Shown: positions 1 to 9,642 of the stretch, one piece after another
Layout: each line of letters starts with the position of its first letter
Position numbering within the stretch: position 1 is the stretch's first letter
Source of the DNA: an uncultured Opitutales bacterium
GTDB taxonomy: Bacteria; Verrucomicrobiota; Verrucomicrobiia; Opitutales; Intestinicryptomonadaceae
Direction: 5' to 3'
Length of the DNA stretch: 32,000 nucleotides
Assembly (NCBI GenBank): GCA_934660865.1
Contig: CAKUIA010000006.1
Span: 60,001-92,000, forward strand
Translations under genes and position numbers: made by a program
The notes under the pieces: generated by a model
The model's input: only the letters and a program-made list of their open reading frames with translations
What the model was told of the DNA's origin: nothing
Database searches by the model: none

Positions 1-880
1 AAGCGAGCGTAAACTTTATTGGTATTTCGCAATACAAGTCGCTACCCTGCCTTTCAAAGAAGGAATCTTCGGCAACATGTATTACAATGTATAAGTCGCC
101 GCAAGGCCCGCCGTCGGGGCCCGCGTTGCCTGCGCCCGTTTTTCTAAGGCGCGTGCCCGTGCCGACGCCTGCGGGAACTTTAATTTTTTCCTCTACACGC
201 TCGCGCACCAAGCCCGTGCCGCCGCAGTCTTTGCAGGGCTTTTCTATAATCTTGCCCGTGCCGCCGCATTTGGGGCACGTTTGCGTAAAGCGCATAAAGC
301 CGTTAGAAGATGTAACCTGCCCGCGGCCTTTGCATGTCGGGCACGTTTTCTTCTCGGACCCGGGTTCCGCACCCGTGCCGTTGCAGGTTTTGCAGTGCAC
401 CAGCCTGTTGTACTTTACGGTTTTTTCCACGCCGCTAACGGCCTCCTGCAAAGTAATTTCCAAGTCGAAGCGCAAGTCGTCGCCCGCAACGGGCTCGTTA
501 GACGCCCTGCCCGACGAAAACCCGCCGCCGAAAAACTGATCGAATATACCGCCGCCGCCCGAAGATGCGCCGCCGCCGAACATTTCCCTGAACAAATCGA
601 AGGGATCTTGATACGCTCCGCCGCCGTGTGCGCCCGAAAAGCCGCCCATTGCACCCGAAGTGTAGGCTTCGTGGCCCATTCTGTCGTAGGCCGCGCGCTT
701 GTCGTCGTCCGACAACACCTGATAGGCTTCGGAAACCTGTTTAAATTTTTCCTCGGCCTCCTTGTTGCCGGGATTTTTGTCGGGGTGGTATTTTATGGCA
801 AGCTTGCGGTAGGCTTTTTTGATGTCTTGCGCAGTAGCGTCTTTTGCCACGCCCAAAATTTCGTAATAGTCCTGACTCAT
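1..880 (-). CDS. dnaJ: Chaperone DnaJ, N-terminal ~293 codons (C-terminus runs off the left edge)
   Basis: Own translation of the minus frame from ATG (880-878) gives [40 protein letters not shown] (J domain with HPD). This is followed by a Gly/Phe-rich linker and CxxCxGxG zinc-finger repeats ([19 protein letters not shown]). Near the edge it reads [33 protein letters not shown]. The frame stays open to position 2. It is absent from the ORF track only because it has no in-window stop. Confidence 0.95.
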   Translation of the reverse strand, partial: MSQDYYEILGVAKDATAQDIKKAYRKLAIKYHPDKNPGNKEAEEKFKQVSEAYQVLSDDDKRAAYDRMGHEAYTSGAMGGFSGAHGGGAYQDPFDLFREMFGGGASSGGGGIFDQFFGGGFSSGRASNEPVAGDDLRFDLEITLQEAVSGVEKTVKYNRLVHCKTCNGTGAEPGSEKKTCPTCKGRGQVTSSNGFMRFTQTCPKCGGTGKIIEKPCKDCGGTGLVRERVEEKIKVPAGVGTGTRLRKTGAGNAGPDGGPCGDLYIVIHVAEDSFFERQGSDLYCEIPIKFTLA

Positions 881-883
881 ATA

Positions 884-1615
884 TTATTTATTCTCCGCCT
901 TTTTGCATACTACAACCGAGGCTGGCCTTATAAGCCTGTCGTCCAGTCTGTAGCCCAAACGCACAACGTTCACTATTTTGTTGGCCTCGTGCTTTTCGCT
1001 GTCTATGCACGAAACGGCCTCTTCAAACTTCGGGTCGAACTCGTCGCCCTCGTTGGGATTTATTTCAACAACGCCGTGCTTTTCGAAAATCTGTTTTATT
1101 TGTTTTGCAAGCATTTCAAAGCCCTGCGCCCATGTGGGCGACTCCAAATGCTTTCGGATATTGTCCATAGCCAATGCAAGATTGTCTAAAACGGGAATCA
1201 TATCCTCTACAAACGGTATTACCGCCGACTTTGCAAGCAAAGCCATATCCCTTTGCATTCTGCGCCTGTATGTGTCGAACGACGCAACTTCGCGTATGTA
1301 CAAATCCTTGTTTTTTGCGGCCTCGGCCATTGCAAGCTCCAAATTGGCAAGCAATTCGCCCTCGCGCTGTTTGCATTGGCAGTCGGCGCCATCTTTATGC
1401 TCTTTTTCGCCGTGGCGACATTCGTGCCCGTCGTGATGGTGGCCGTGGCAACATTCGCCGCCCTCTTCGTGTTTGCTATGGTTGCCGCAACAGCAATGCT
1501 CGGCTTGGTCGTGCGAAGCGTTTTCCGCGCCGCATTGCGCCGCGTTTTGCGTGTTTTGGTTGTCTTTGTCGAAGCCGTTTGCGACCCCGTTTTTATTGTT
1601 AAATTCTTCCGTCAT
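884..1615 (-). CDS. grpE: Nucleotide exchange factor GrpE with an atypical Cys/His-rich N-terminal extension
   Basis: 243-aa ORF ending 3 nt upstream of the dnaJ start. GrpE-type core: DLYIREVASFDTYRRRMQRD ... GDEFDPKFEEAV ... VVRLGYRLDDRLIRPASVVV. The N-terminus contains HCCCGNHSKHEEGGECCHGHHHDGHECRHGEKEHKDGADCQC. Confidence 0.9.
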   Translation of the reverse strand: MTEEFNNKNGVANGFDKDNQNTQNAAQCGAENASHDQAEHCCCGNHSKHEEGGECCHGHHHDGHECRHGEKEHKDGADCQCKQREGELLANLELAMAEAAKNKDLYIREVASFDTYRRRMQRDMALLAKSAVIPFVEDMIPVLDNLALAMDNIRKHLESPTWAQGFEMLAKQIKQIFEKHGVVEINPNEGDEFDPKFEEAVSCIDSEKHEANKIVNVVRLGYRLDDRLIRPASVVVCKKAENK

Positions 1616-1670
1616 AAGGTGTGGTTATCGTCTAAAATACTCAAATTTAAAGAAAATTTTGTCAATATAT

Positions 1671-3584
1671 TTAATTTTCCAAATATTTTGCCGAAAGGCG
1701 CTGTATGGCAAGCCTGCAAATTTGCGACGACGGCGATATTTGCCTTGCCTGCAAATAGTTCATCAACGCACGCGGATACTCCCGCGCCTTTTCGGCCTTT
1801 TCGGCCGCGGCGACAAATTTTGCAAAGTCGGCAACACTGGGTGCAAGTTGGGCAATTCTGCGCGCCAAAACCGGATCGTTTGCGTCTATTTTCTTTGCGT
1901 TATCAAGAAGCTCCCACGCCAAATATTCGTTGTTTTGCGCCTCAAATTCTTTAGACTGCGCAATAATCATGTCTATTTTTGCGGTGTCGGCAACTATTTG
2001 CCTTAGCTTTTGCGCCCTTTTTGGGTCTTTGGCAAAGGCCATTGCATATTCCAGAGATTCCGCCGAAATGTCTCTGTAGGCTCCGCGCGAATACAGCTCG
2101 TCGAACTTGGGCGCATATTTTGAAATGCCGTCGCCGAGGCCTACAAGCTCTTCGTTAAGGCGCTCTATTGCGGGGTTTAGCGGCCAAATTTTTGCGGCCT
2201 GCGTTAGGTTCTTTTCAACATCGTCTAACTTGCCCGAAATTGCCGCCTGCTTTGCCGCCATAACCGACATGTTGCTTGCCCTTTTTGCGGCCTTTACCTT
2301 TGCAAGCGTTTCGGCGTATGGGAAATCGACAACTGTCTTTCTCATATCGGTTAAAATATTCTCTATTGCGTCAAAATCGTGCGCGTCGGCAAGCTCCTTT
2401 AGCGTAGACATATTTTTGTATATTTTGTGCAAAACCTTTTTCTTTTCGTAGGGGTAGTTTAGCAGTTCGGGCTCGTTCTCGCCCAGGGCAAAAGTTTCCA
2501 TCAGCCTAAGCAATGCTTCGTATTTTTCGCCCGCGTCGAACAGGGTGTCTACCGCCTTTAGCCCCGTTTTAATGTCGGTGCAAGCCTCCTGCGCAATGGC
2601 CTGAAGGGTGTCCGAAGTGGGCTCGAATTTCGAGATTTGGAAAAATTCGTACATCTGCGCTTTGCCCACTTCCATATTTTGAAAAGACCCCTTGTAGGTG
2701 TTTCTGTAAAAGTCGCATGCAATTACGGTGTGCGAAAACCTGCGGGACAGCAGCAAGTGGAGAATTGTCGACTGAAACTGCAAAACCGACTTTGCGCCCA
2801 CGGCAACCGTTTCGGCCTGCGAAGCGGTGTATTTTGCAAGAGCCTCGGCCGTCTTTTGGGTGGCAATCTGCAAATCGGCAGTGCCGTGCAGCGCTATTGT
2901 GCTGGAGGCGTTTGTGTTGCCTTTTTGGCCTTTCCCACTTCGCTTAAACGCCATATGCGACGCCCTGTCTTCGAGATAGTTCGCAAAATTTATCTGTTTT
3001 GCCTCCGCGCTTTTCAGGGCTTTTTTCAGCTCGTTTTCGGTAATAAGCTTCGAGATTCTGTCGTCTCTGGTTCGCCACGCAGTGTTTACCGTGTTGGCAA
3101 TGGCCAAAGACGCGTTGCCGTCGTAATCGTATTCGGCGGCGTCGAAAAGCCTTTTTTGGGCGTAAACTACCGAAGCCGGCGTTATTTCGCTGTTTTTTAC
3201 GGAAAGCGTGGCCGAAATTTCGCATATAATGTCTTTGTAGTCCGACAGGTTTTGCGAGGAAAAATCTACCGCCAAATAGCGCTCGAAACGCGCCTTGAAC
3301 ATGCGCGAGTTGCCCAGCGAAAAGGTTTTGCCCTTCCATTTTAAGGTGCCGTTTTCGAGGTCTATGGAATCGCTTTTAACGTCGAACAGCCTGTCGGCAA
3401 AATTTTCGGAGGTTTTGCTTTCGAAAATATTGTCCTTTGCGCCCACGCCTACATTGCTTGTTGCAGGCTGCGCCGCCTGCTGCGGCTGAGGCGCAACTAC
3501 AACGGATTGCACGGGCTGCTGCGGAACAATCTGCCCCACTGCCAAAAGCGGCAGCAAATATGCCATGTAAAAAACATTCTTCAT
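1671..3584 (-). CDS. Secreted, mostly helical protein of unknown function (637 aa)
   Basis: Long ORF with an N-terminal signal-like segment (MKNVFYMAYLLPLLAVGQ) and then a Gln/Pro/Ala-rich linker. The antisense ORFs are Arg/Cys-rich junk. I recognise no catalytic motif. Confidence 0.8.
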   Translation of the reverse strand: MKNVFYMAYLLPLLAVGQIVPQQPVQSVVVAPQPQQAAQPATSNVGVGAKDNIFESKTSENFADRLFDVKSDSIDLENGTLKWKGKTFSLGNSRMFKARFERYLAVDFSSQNLSDYKDIICEISATLSVKNSEITPASVVYAQKRLFDAAEYDYDGNASLAIANTVNTAWRTRDDRISKLITENELKKALKSAEAKQINFANYLEDRASHMAFKRSGKGQKGNTNASSTIALHGTADLQIATQKTAEALAKYTASQAETVAVGAKSVLQFQSTILHLLLSRRFSHTVIACDFYRNTYKGSFQNMEVGKAQMYEFFQISKFEPTSDTLQAIAQEACTDIKTGLKAVDTLFDAGEKYEALLRLMETFALGENEPELLNYPYEKKKVLHKIYKNMSTLKELADAHDFDAIENILTDMRKTVVDFPYAETLAKVKAAKRASNMSVMAAKQAAISGKLDDVEKNLTQAAKIWPLNPAIERLNEELVGLGDGISKYAPKFDELYSRGAYRDISAESLEYAMAFAKDPKRAQKLRQIVADTAKIDMIIAQSKEFEAQNNEYLAWELLDNAKKIDANDPVLARRIAQLAPSVADFAKFVAAAEKAEKAREYPRALMNYLQARQISPSSQICRLAIQRLSAKYLEN

Positions 3585-3585
3585 A

Positions 3586-4014
3586 TTAAAGCTTTTCTAT
3601 CTTTTCGGTTATCAACGCCCCGTTTTTTTCAACGCGAACCGACAACCTGTATTTTTGGCCGCCGTTTATGTTTTCGGAAATTTTGTTCGGAACAAAAACC
3701 GCCAACACCCCGTTTTTTGTCTTTGCCGAAAGAACGGTTCCCGGATTTTCCTTGTCGTCTATAAGCGCAAGTTGCGAATCTATTTTTGCCTCTATTGCGT
3801 ATTTGTTCGGATAGCACGATTTCGGGTTTTCGGCATACAAGGCGTACGGGAAATCTCCAGCTTGCGCGGACGATTTTTTAACGCATAACACGGTTAGAAC
3901 CGTTAAAACCGCCAACACGGGTATTAGCAGTGCAATGAAAATCTGCGTAGATTTTGAATTCATAATAATGTGGTAAATTTTCCGCATTTTTGCGTTGTTT
4001 GGGCGAATAGTCAA
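3586..4014 (-). CDS. Small membrane-anchored protein, unknown function
   Basis: The ORF stops 1 nt before the start of the 637-aa gene, so it is probably in the same operon. It has a hydrophobic helix [21 protein letters not shown]. The true start may be the internal Met at 3963 (MNSKSTQ...). Confidence 0.65.
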   Translation of the reverse strand: MTIRPNNAKMRKIYHIIMNSKSTQIFIALLIPVLAVLTVLTVLCVKKSSAQAGDFPYALYAENPKSCYPNKYAIEAKIDSQLALIDDKENPGTVLSAKTKNGVLAVFVPNKISENINGGQKYRLSVRVEKNGALITEKIEKL

Positions 4015-4144
4015 ACCAATAAAAATTGGAGCGGCCGATGGAATTATTTGTAAAATCGGCGGATTGCCTTTTGCAAAAGCAAAGCGTGCAAAAAAAGCTT
4101 GATAATATTTGCCACATAGGGCATAACAGGCGGCTATATAACAC

Positions 4145-4232
<88 letters not shown>

Positions 4233-4244
4233 GTTTTTAAGCGT

Positions 4245-4282
4245 AAAAGGCAGATTTGCATTAAGTTGCGAATCTGCCTTTT
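4245..4282 (+). terminator. Hairpin downstream of tRNA-Ser (12-bp perfect stem)
   Basis: AAAAGGCAGATT (4245-4256) pairs with AATCTGCCTTTT (4271-4282) around a 14-nt loop. A- and T-tracts lie on both sides. Confidence 0.55.
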
Positions 4283-4453
4283 CTTATGACACAACACCCC
4301 TGTTTGTAAATGCTTCATCATCAGGGTTCAACTGGTGCGTTTCACGCTCAGATGTGCGACCAAACAACAACCTTGTCTCCGCAAAATCCGTTGAGGACGA
4401 AACTATTAAACTAACAAAATTGGATATTTTTGAGCCTTATTTTAATAATAATC

Positions 4454-4483
4454 TTGACTTAGGAGGCGGTTTGGGGTTATAAT
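4454..4483 (+). promoter_or_regulatory. sigma70-type promoter of the integrase gene (TTGACT-N18-TATAAT)
   Basis: TTGACT lies at 4454-4459 and TATAAT at 4478-4483. The ATG is only 9 nt after the -10, so the transcript would be leaderless or nearly so. Confidence 0.5.
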
Positions 4484-4492
4484 TGAGCCACT

Positions 4493-5650
4493 ATGGCGAA
4501 GATTACAAAGAGATATTGTGGAGGTCGAAAATCTCCGTATCAACTTACTTGGTGTGAACAAGGAAGCCGTCATTCGCGTTTCTTTGAAACGGAGCGCGAT
4601 CGCGACGAATTCCTTCGGGCAAACGACTATTTGGAGAAGTCGTCTTTCCAATCCCTGATGAAATTGGATATGGACACGATTTCCGATATTGCCCGAATCG
4701 AATCTATGCGGGGTAAAATTACATTCCGCGAAATATGGGAATTTTGGGAACGAAACCATACGGCGAAACGCGTTCTTAAATTGTGGGACGCCTGCGACGA
4801 ATACCTGCGGGATATGCAGGCAAACGCAAAGGTAATCCACTCCCATTTCATTCACGTCAGGCGAATTTTGGAAGTGCTTGTCGAATCGTTCGGAGAACGT
4901 CAGGTTGAAGACATAACGCGCGACGAACTTGAAAGCTGGCTAAAAAACCTGCCCTACGCGCCTATTACCGTGAAAAACTACCGTTCGTGCCTTTGCGCCA
5001 CTTGGAGATGGTTTGAAAAACACGAGCTTGTCTCAAAGAACGTTGCAAAACTCATCGACTGCCCGAATATCGAAATGGGTGAAATCGGCATTCTTACTGT
5101 TGAAGAGACCGAAAGGCTCTTGCGGGCGAACGAAAAGATAGACCCCGAAGTTTGCGGGCTTATGGCGTTGGGGCTTTTTGCGGGAATGAGAAGCTCGGCA
5201 ATAGCGAGAGTCGCCTACGACGAAATTACAATGCGGCAAGGCATTTTGACTCCCGCCGAAAAGACCAAGAAAAATAGGCGCAACTACATCGAAAACCTGC
5301 CCGACAACCTCTGGGCTTGGCTCGAACGAACTCCAAAGACAGCCTTCGGTTGGTGTGAACGCAAATGGAAGAAGCGCAAGGAAACGGCATTGAGACGCGC
5401 GGGGCTTTTGATAAACGGCGCACAGTTGAAAGTTCCCGATGAAAACGGCAAATTCCCCAAAAAGAAGATTCCGCCGAAAAACGCGTTTAGACACAGCTTT
5501 GCAAGCTATCACGTCGCTTGGAAGCGCGATTTCCAAGATACGGCGTTGATAATGTCGCACCAAGGCACGGACATTCTATTCAAGCACTATCGCGGAATTG
5601 CCACAAAGGAAAACGCCGAGAGGTATTTTAATATTTACCCCTTGGACTAG
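4493..5650 (+). CDS. int: Tyrosine recombinase / phage integrase
   Basis: 385 aa. The C-terminal catalytic region reads AFRHSFASYHVAWKRDFQDTALIMSHQGTDILFKHYRG (R...HxxR...H/W...Y pattern). It has an SAM-like N-terminal domain. Its position next to a tRNA fits an integrase. Confidence 0.92.
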   Translation: MAKITKRYCGGRKSPYQLTWCEQGSRHSRFFETERDRDEFLRANDYLEKSSFQSLMKLDMDTISDIARIESMRGKITFREIWEFWERNHTAKRVLKLWDACDEYLRDMQANAKVIHSHFIHVRRILEVLVESFGERQVEDITRDELESWLKNLPYAPITVKNYRSCLCATWRWFEKHELVSKNVAKLIDCPNIEMGEIGILTVEETERLLRANEKIDPEVCGLMALGLFAGMRSSAIARVAYDEITMRQGILTPAEKTKKNRRNYIENLPDNLWAWLERTPKTAFGWCERKWKKRKETALRRAGLLINGAQLKVPDENGKFPKKKIPPKNAFRHSFASYHVAWKRDFQDTALIMSHQGTDILFKHYRGIATKENAERYFNIYPLD

Positions 5651-6737
5651 AATTGTAGTCGTCTTCAATGACATCGAGTTCAAAGAGAGGTTTTGCGTAG
5701 GTTATTCTTGTCCCTCTCGCTCGATGTCTTGATTCAACTTCTTGGGTACAAATTTTTCCATCTCGCGATTGGTTGTATTCAATTTCCTGATAAATCCCAA
5801 ACGCATCTTCATCTTTAAATTTTCTAAAAAAATTTCGCAACTCTTTAAGTCTATTTTTTAATGTTGGAGAATATAGCAGTCTATGCTCGTTTTTAGACTT
5901 CGCAAATTTAAATAAAGCTGTCCAAGACTCTTTTGCACACTGTTGTCGAGAATTATAAAATTCAGGAATATCAGAACATTTAAGAGTTAAAGAAAATGGT
6001 GTATTTCTTACGGTAAATCTTATTTTTGAGGCTTCTATAATAGTAATATGCAAGTCGGAAATATCCTTATGCTTCATTGTCTTTTTCAAATCTTCCAAAT
6101 TAAATTCTTGCTTTTGACGAGTTCCTTTAAAATTCAAAAGATATTTTATGTTTCCACCAATCAACCCTTTATTCGACAATGAAAACAGCTCTGTGATATG
6201 GCAATCAATCCCTGTATATTCAAGAAGAAATTTTTTCATGTATTCAGGGAGTGAAGAATGTCTAAATCTAATCAAAAAAGGTCGAACTCCGCCTTTCAAA
6301 AATGGTAATATTGAGATAGGAAGATTAACCTCATTAAAACAGACAAAAATAGCATACTTGTAGTCTAAGAATAGTGTTCCGAGGCAGTATCCATCAGTGT
6401 AGTTATCTAACTTTACCACCGTAGATCCTAATTTCAGCAGTTTTGAAATTTCGCTTATGAATTTTAATTCATCAAATTTCCATAAGCGAACTTCTGCTCT
6501 TTGAAATTCCTTGGGGTCAGAAGTATCTTCGTTAATAAAAAAGACAGAATCACTCTCGATAGAAGTTCTTAGGTAAGCAGAGTTAGCGCACACTACTCTT
6601 TGGGCAAAATCGTCCAAAGAAAATAAATAGTTTTCCTTAATGAAATCAAGGTCTACCCCGAATCTTTCTCTTAAAGAAATTATCGGAGCAACTTTATTAT
6701 CGCTATGCGCTAACCAGTTGCAAATCTTGCTTAGCAT
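5628..6737 (-). CDS. Hypothetical protein (369 aa), AT-rich cargo gene 2 of 2
   Basis: Long ORF in a low-GC segment (18 G+C in line 6001-6060). It overlaps the upstream cargo gene by 35 nt. Its 3' end overlaps the integrase 3' end by 23 nt, convergently. I recognise no Walker, nuclease or other motif. Confidence 0.7.
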   Translation of the reverse strand: MLSKICNWLAHSDNKVAPIISLRERFGVDLDFIKENYLFSLDDFAQRVVCANSAYLRTSIESDSVFFINEDTSDPKEFQRAEVRLWKFDELKFISEISKLLKLGSTVVKLDNYTDGYCLGTLFLDYKYAIFVCFNEVNLPISILPFLKGGVRPFLIRFRHSSLPEYMKKFLLEYTGIDCHITELFSLSNKGLIGGNIKYLLNFKGTRQKQEFNLEDLKKTMKHKDISDLHITIIEASKIRFTVRNTPFSLTLKCSDIPEFYNSRQQCAKESWTALFKFAKSKNEHRLLYSPTLKNRLKELRNFFRKFKDEDAFGIYQEIEYNQSRDGKICTQEVESRHRARGTRITYAKPLFELDVIEDDYNSSPRGKY

Positions 6738-7899
6738 TCGCTTCTTTCTTTGAAGATTTTAAACTGTCAACACAAATACCGTTAATCACCAAAACCCTTT
6801 CTATGATGGCATGGTCGCAATATGGTGGATATATTGCCTTTTTTTCACTAGAAATGGTAATTGTTTTTTCTTTGTCTTCACCTGAAAAAAGTATTCGAAA
6901 CTTCAAATATTCCACATCAAAACATCCTACCGATTCGCTTCGAGTGCGCATATAATTCAAAGCGTCTTTTTGAGATGTAAATGTTATCGTATCGTTTGTG
7001 TATATATCAGTTTTTACCCGAATCTCTGTGAGTCTAAAGTCTTTGATATAATCTCTAAATTCTCCAAGTTGAAGTGAAAATATCGGGGATAACACGACGT
7101 TAAGAGAAAATTTATTACTTAAAATAAAAACTTTATCATCACCGAAAAATGCGTATCCAAAAATGGACTTATATTTATTCTCTAAACGTATCGTTGGCTC
7201 ACTTAAATAAATTCCAATTTCACCCGTTTTCTTGTCAAAGGATAAAATATCCTCTATTTCTGAACGTATTATTACGATTGTTGATTCGTTCCCCTCAATT
7301 ACAGGCTCTCGTCTCAATGTCGAACCGTGCAAAATATGAAAATACAAAGTTCCTTTTATATCATGCTGAAATACATCGACCTTTTTCCCTTTGTTGTTAT
7401 TTTCAAGCCATATTTCAAGTTGATGCTCAAGATTTGTTATTTTTTCTTGAGGCAATGCGCACAAGTTTTCTTTCATAAATTTCGGCTTGTAAAATGTAAA
7501 TGCGTGTTGCGTACGAACCTTTACTTCCGAGTGTAATCGCATAGCCAATGGTTTATTTACACACCAGATTTTTGCAGCCAAAACTCCTTCGTCTCCCAAT
7601 TCCGCTTCTCCGATTTTTGAGAGTTCTCCAAAAATCCTATCGTGCATTCTCCCCTTTATGAGTGAATTTATGTAAAAGAACGCATCCAAAATATCTTGCG
7701 GGACACTTGAGGTATTATCTCGAATCCACTTAGCAACAGAATTACAATTGAAATATTTCTGCTCATCTTCTTCCCATAAACCAAGATTCATAAGCTCAAT
7801 CTTTATCGGATTAAGAATGGTTTTCAAATATTTTGTGGGAATGCGTTTCAGCGATGTTGTTGTAAGAAATTGATTAAATGCGCTCATAAAGCCTTTCAT
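6703..7899 (-). CDS. Hypothetical protein (398 aa), AT-rich cargo gene 1 of 2
   Basis: Long ORF with the same low-GC composition and strand as 5628-6737. It has a helical N-terminus and then a beta-rich region. No recognisable domain. Confidence 0.75.
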   Translation of the reverse strand: MKGFMSAFNQFLTTTSLKRIPTKYLKTILNPIKIELMNLGLWEEDEQKYFNCNSVAKWIRDNTSSVPQDILDAFFYINSLIKGRMHDRIFGELSKIGEAELGDEGVLAAKIWCVNKPLAMRLHSEVKVRTQHAFTFYKPKFMKENLCALPQEKITNLEHQLEIWLENNNKGKKVDVFQHDIKGTLYFHILHGSTLRREPVIEGNESTIVIIRSEIEDILSFDKKTGEIGIYLSEPTIRLENKYKSIFGYAFFGDDKVFILSNKFSLNVVLSPIFSLQLGEFRDYIKDFRLTEIRVKTDIYTNDTITFTSQKDALNYMRTRSESVGCFDVEYLKFRILFSGEDKEKTITISSEKKAIYPPYCDHAIIERVLVINGICVDSLKSSKKEANAKQDLQLVSA

Positions 7900-8218
7900 T
7901 GTAAAGTTGTTAGTTCAATACGGTAACATTACGCAAAATTGAAATTACCATATCAAACATTGTAAAAAACCGTCAGTGATTCTCATATTGGAGATAATTG
8001 AGATTTATGTAAATCCAAATATTCGAATAAATGCAAGTATTCCAACAACCTATAATTCAGCGTGTTAAAAATCTAAATGCGGATAAATGAAAACTGAAAG
8101 ATAACTATCCTAGGTCTAGGTGCGACACGGGTTCAACAAAAAAACAAAGAACTCGGCGTTTCACCCAAAATACCAATCACCGCGTCGCTTCGGGGAAACG
8201 CATCGGACACGAAAAGCA

Positions 8219-8683
8219 ATGGAAACCATACGCGACTCTGCGGAATTGACGAATCGGGTTTTGCGCCTTGAAGAGGTAATCAGGGCGCAAAACGACCTGA
8301 TAGTCGATTTGACGGAGCGCATAGGAGAAACATTCGCGAAACAGGCTTTTTCGGTCAGGGATTTGACGAAGCGTTGGCAATGCTCGGAAACGTGCGTTAG
8401 GCGCATAGTTGAATCGCACAAGCTGAAACTGCTCAGAGGCCCTAACGGGCTTCCGCGTTCGCCCATTGCCGTGGTTCGTAGTTCGGTTCTCGACTACGAA
8501 AACGGAAACACGCTTCTTAAATTCCATAAAAGGAGAACGAAGCCCGCGCCCTCTTGGGCGGAAAATCCGTTTTTATCGACTCCGAAACTCCGTCCCGCAG
8601 TGTCCGACAGACGAGTTCGCAGATTGGGAGACCCTATATGCGAATCAGCTCAGGAAAAATCACCCGCCCACAAAAAGGCGTAA
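8219..8683 (+). CDS. HTH DNA-binding protein (excisionase/MerR-like), first gene of the rightward early operon
   Basis: The ORF track starts at GTG 8120; I prefer ATG 8219 (METIRDS...). Candidate HTH: FSVRDLTKRWQCSETCVRRIVESHKL. The C-terminal ~45 nt overlaps the next gene and looks low-complexity. Confidence 0.55.
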   Translation: METIRDSAELTNRVLRLEEVIRAQNDLIVDLTERIGETFAKQAFSVRDLTKRWQCSETCVRRIVESHKLKLLRGPNGLPRSPIAVVRSSVLDYENGNTLLKFHKRRTKPAPSWAENPFLSTPKLRPAVSDRRVRRLGDPICESAQEKSPAHKKA

Positions 8684-9642
8684 TTTACGGTTGCGAAGGT
8701 GTAGGCAAAAGCACATTCGCCTCAAAATTTCCGAATCCTGTTTTTATGGATTTGGAGGGAGGAACGGCTCAGCTGGACGTTAAGCGAGCCGAAGTTTCCT
8801 CTTGGGAGGAAATATTAACAACAATAGACGAACTCGCAAAAGCCCCTCAGGGCTTTGAAACGTTCGTGATGGACACCGCCGATTGGGCGGAACGTATGTG
8901 TTCGGCGTATTTGTGCAAGAAATACAAGAAAACGGGCATCGAAGATTTCGGATACGGCAAGGGCTACGCGTATCTTGCGGAGGAATTCGCCGCAATGCTT
9001 TCAAAGCTAACCGAACTTCAAAACAGCGGAATGCACGTTCTTGTCTTGGCGCATTCTACAATCCGCAAGCTCGAACTTCCCGAAGAAAACGGCACATACG
9101 ACCACTACGAATTGAAGTGCTCGAAAACCGTATCTCCCCTCGTCAAGGAATGGGCGGACGGACTTCTCTTTGCGAACTACCGCACATTCATTCAGGCGAA
9201 CGCAAACGGCAAAGGCAAGGCTGTCGGCGGGAAAGAGCGCGTTCTCTATACCGAACATACGGCGTTTTGCGACGCGAAAAACCGTTGGGGATTATCGGGC
9301 GTTCTTCCGCTTTCGTTTGAAAGCGTTGCAAATGTATTCGGTTCAAAAGTTCCCAAAACTTCAAAAGTATCAAACGAGGACGAATCGCAAACTTGGGGCA
9401 ATGTCGAAATCACCGACCCCAAAAAAGCGGACATCGCGCTGATTGAAACTGCGATGGAATTTTCCTCGGTGTCGCCCGACGAATTGAATGCGTATCTGCG
9501 CGGAGACAATCCAAGGGGCAAAAAGTTCGTCGCCGAAAACGAAACATACAAAGACCTCGACAGCGCAATTCTTGCGAAGATGGCGGAGGAAAAGAACTGG
9601 GATAAAGTCGAAGCCTACATTTCGGCAAGGAGGGGCAAATAA
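8638..9642 (+). CDS. AAA_24 / Sak4-like RecA-fold ATPase (phage recombination/replication)
   Basis: Walker A in VIYGCEGVGKSTFASKFPNPVFMDLEGG, and Walker B-like HVLVLAHS. ATG 8638 is preceded by GGGAGA at a 6-nt spacing. The TTG at 8554 in the ORF track is less likely to be the start. Confidence 0.8.
   Translation: MRISSGKITRPQKGVIYGCEGVGKSTFASKFPNPVFMDLEGGTAQLDVKRAEVSSWEEILTTIDELAKAPQGFETFVMDTADWAERMCSAYLCKKYKKTGIEDFGYGKGYAYLAEEFAAMLSKLTELQNSGMHVLVLAHSTIRKLELPEENGTYDHYELKCSKTVSPLVKEWADGLLFANYRTFIQANANGKGKAVGGKERVLYTEHTAFCDAKNRWGLSGVLPLSFESVANVFGSKVPKTSKVSNEDESQTWGNVEITDPKKADIALIETAMEFSSVSPDELNAYLRGDNPRGKKFVAENETYKDLDSAILAKMAEEKNWDKVEAYISARRGK

Noticed and set aside
87-1189. Plus-strand ORFs 87-539 and 281-1189 (150 and 302 aa)
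   Set aside because: They are antisense to the unambiguous dnaJ and grpE genes. The sequences are Pro/Arg/Ala-rich, with no motifs. They are typical shadow ORFs.
8109-8121. Tandem CTAGGT-CTAGGT (with CCTAGG palindrome) upstream of the early operon
   Set aside because: It is too short and occurs only once, so it cannot be distinguished from chance. A nearby TATAAT (8051-8056) also lacks a convincing -35.
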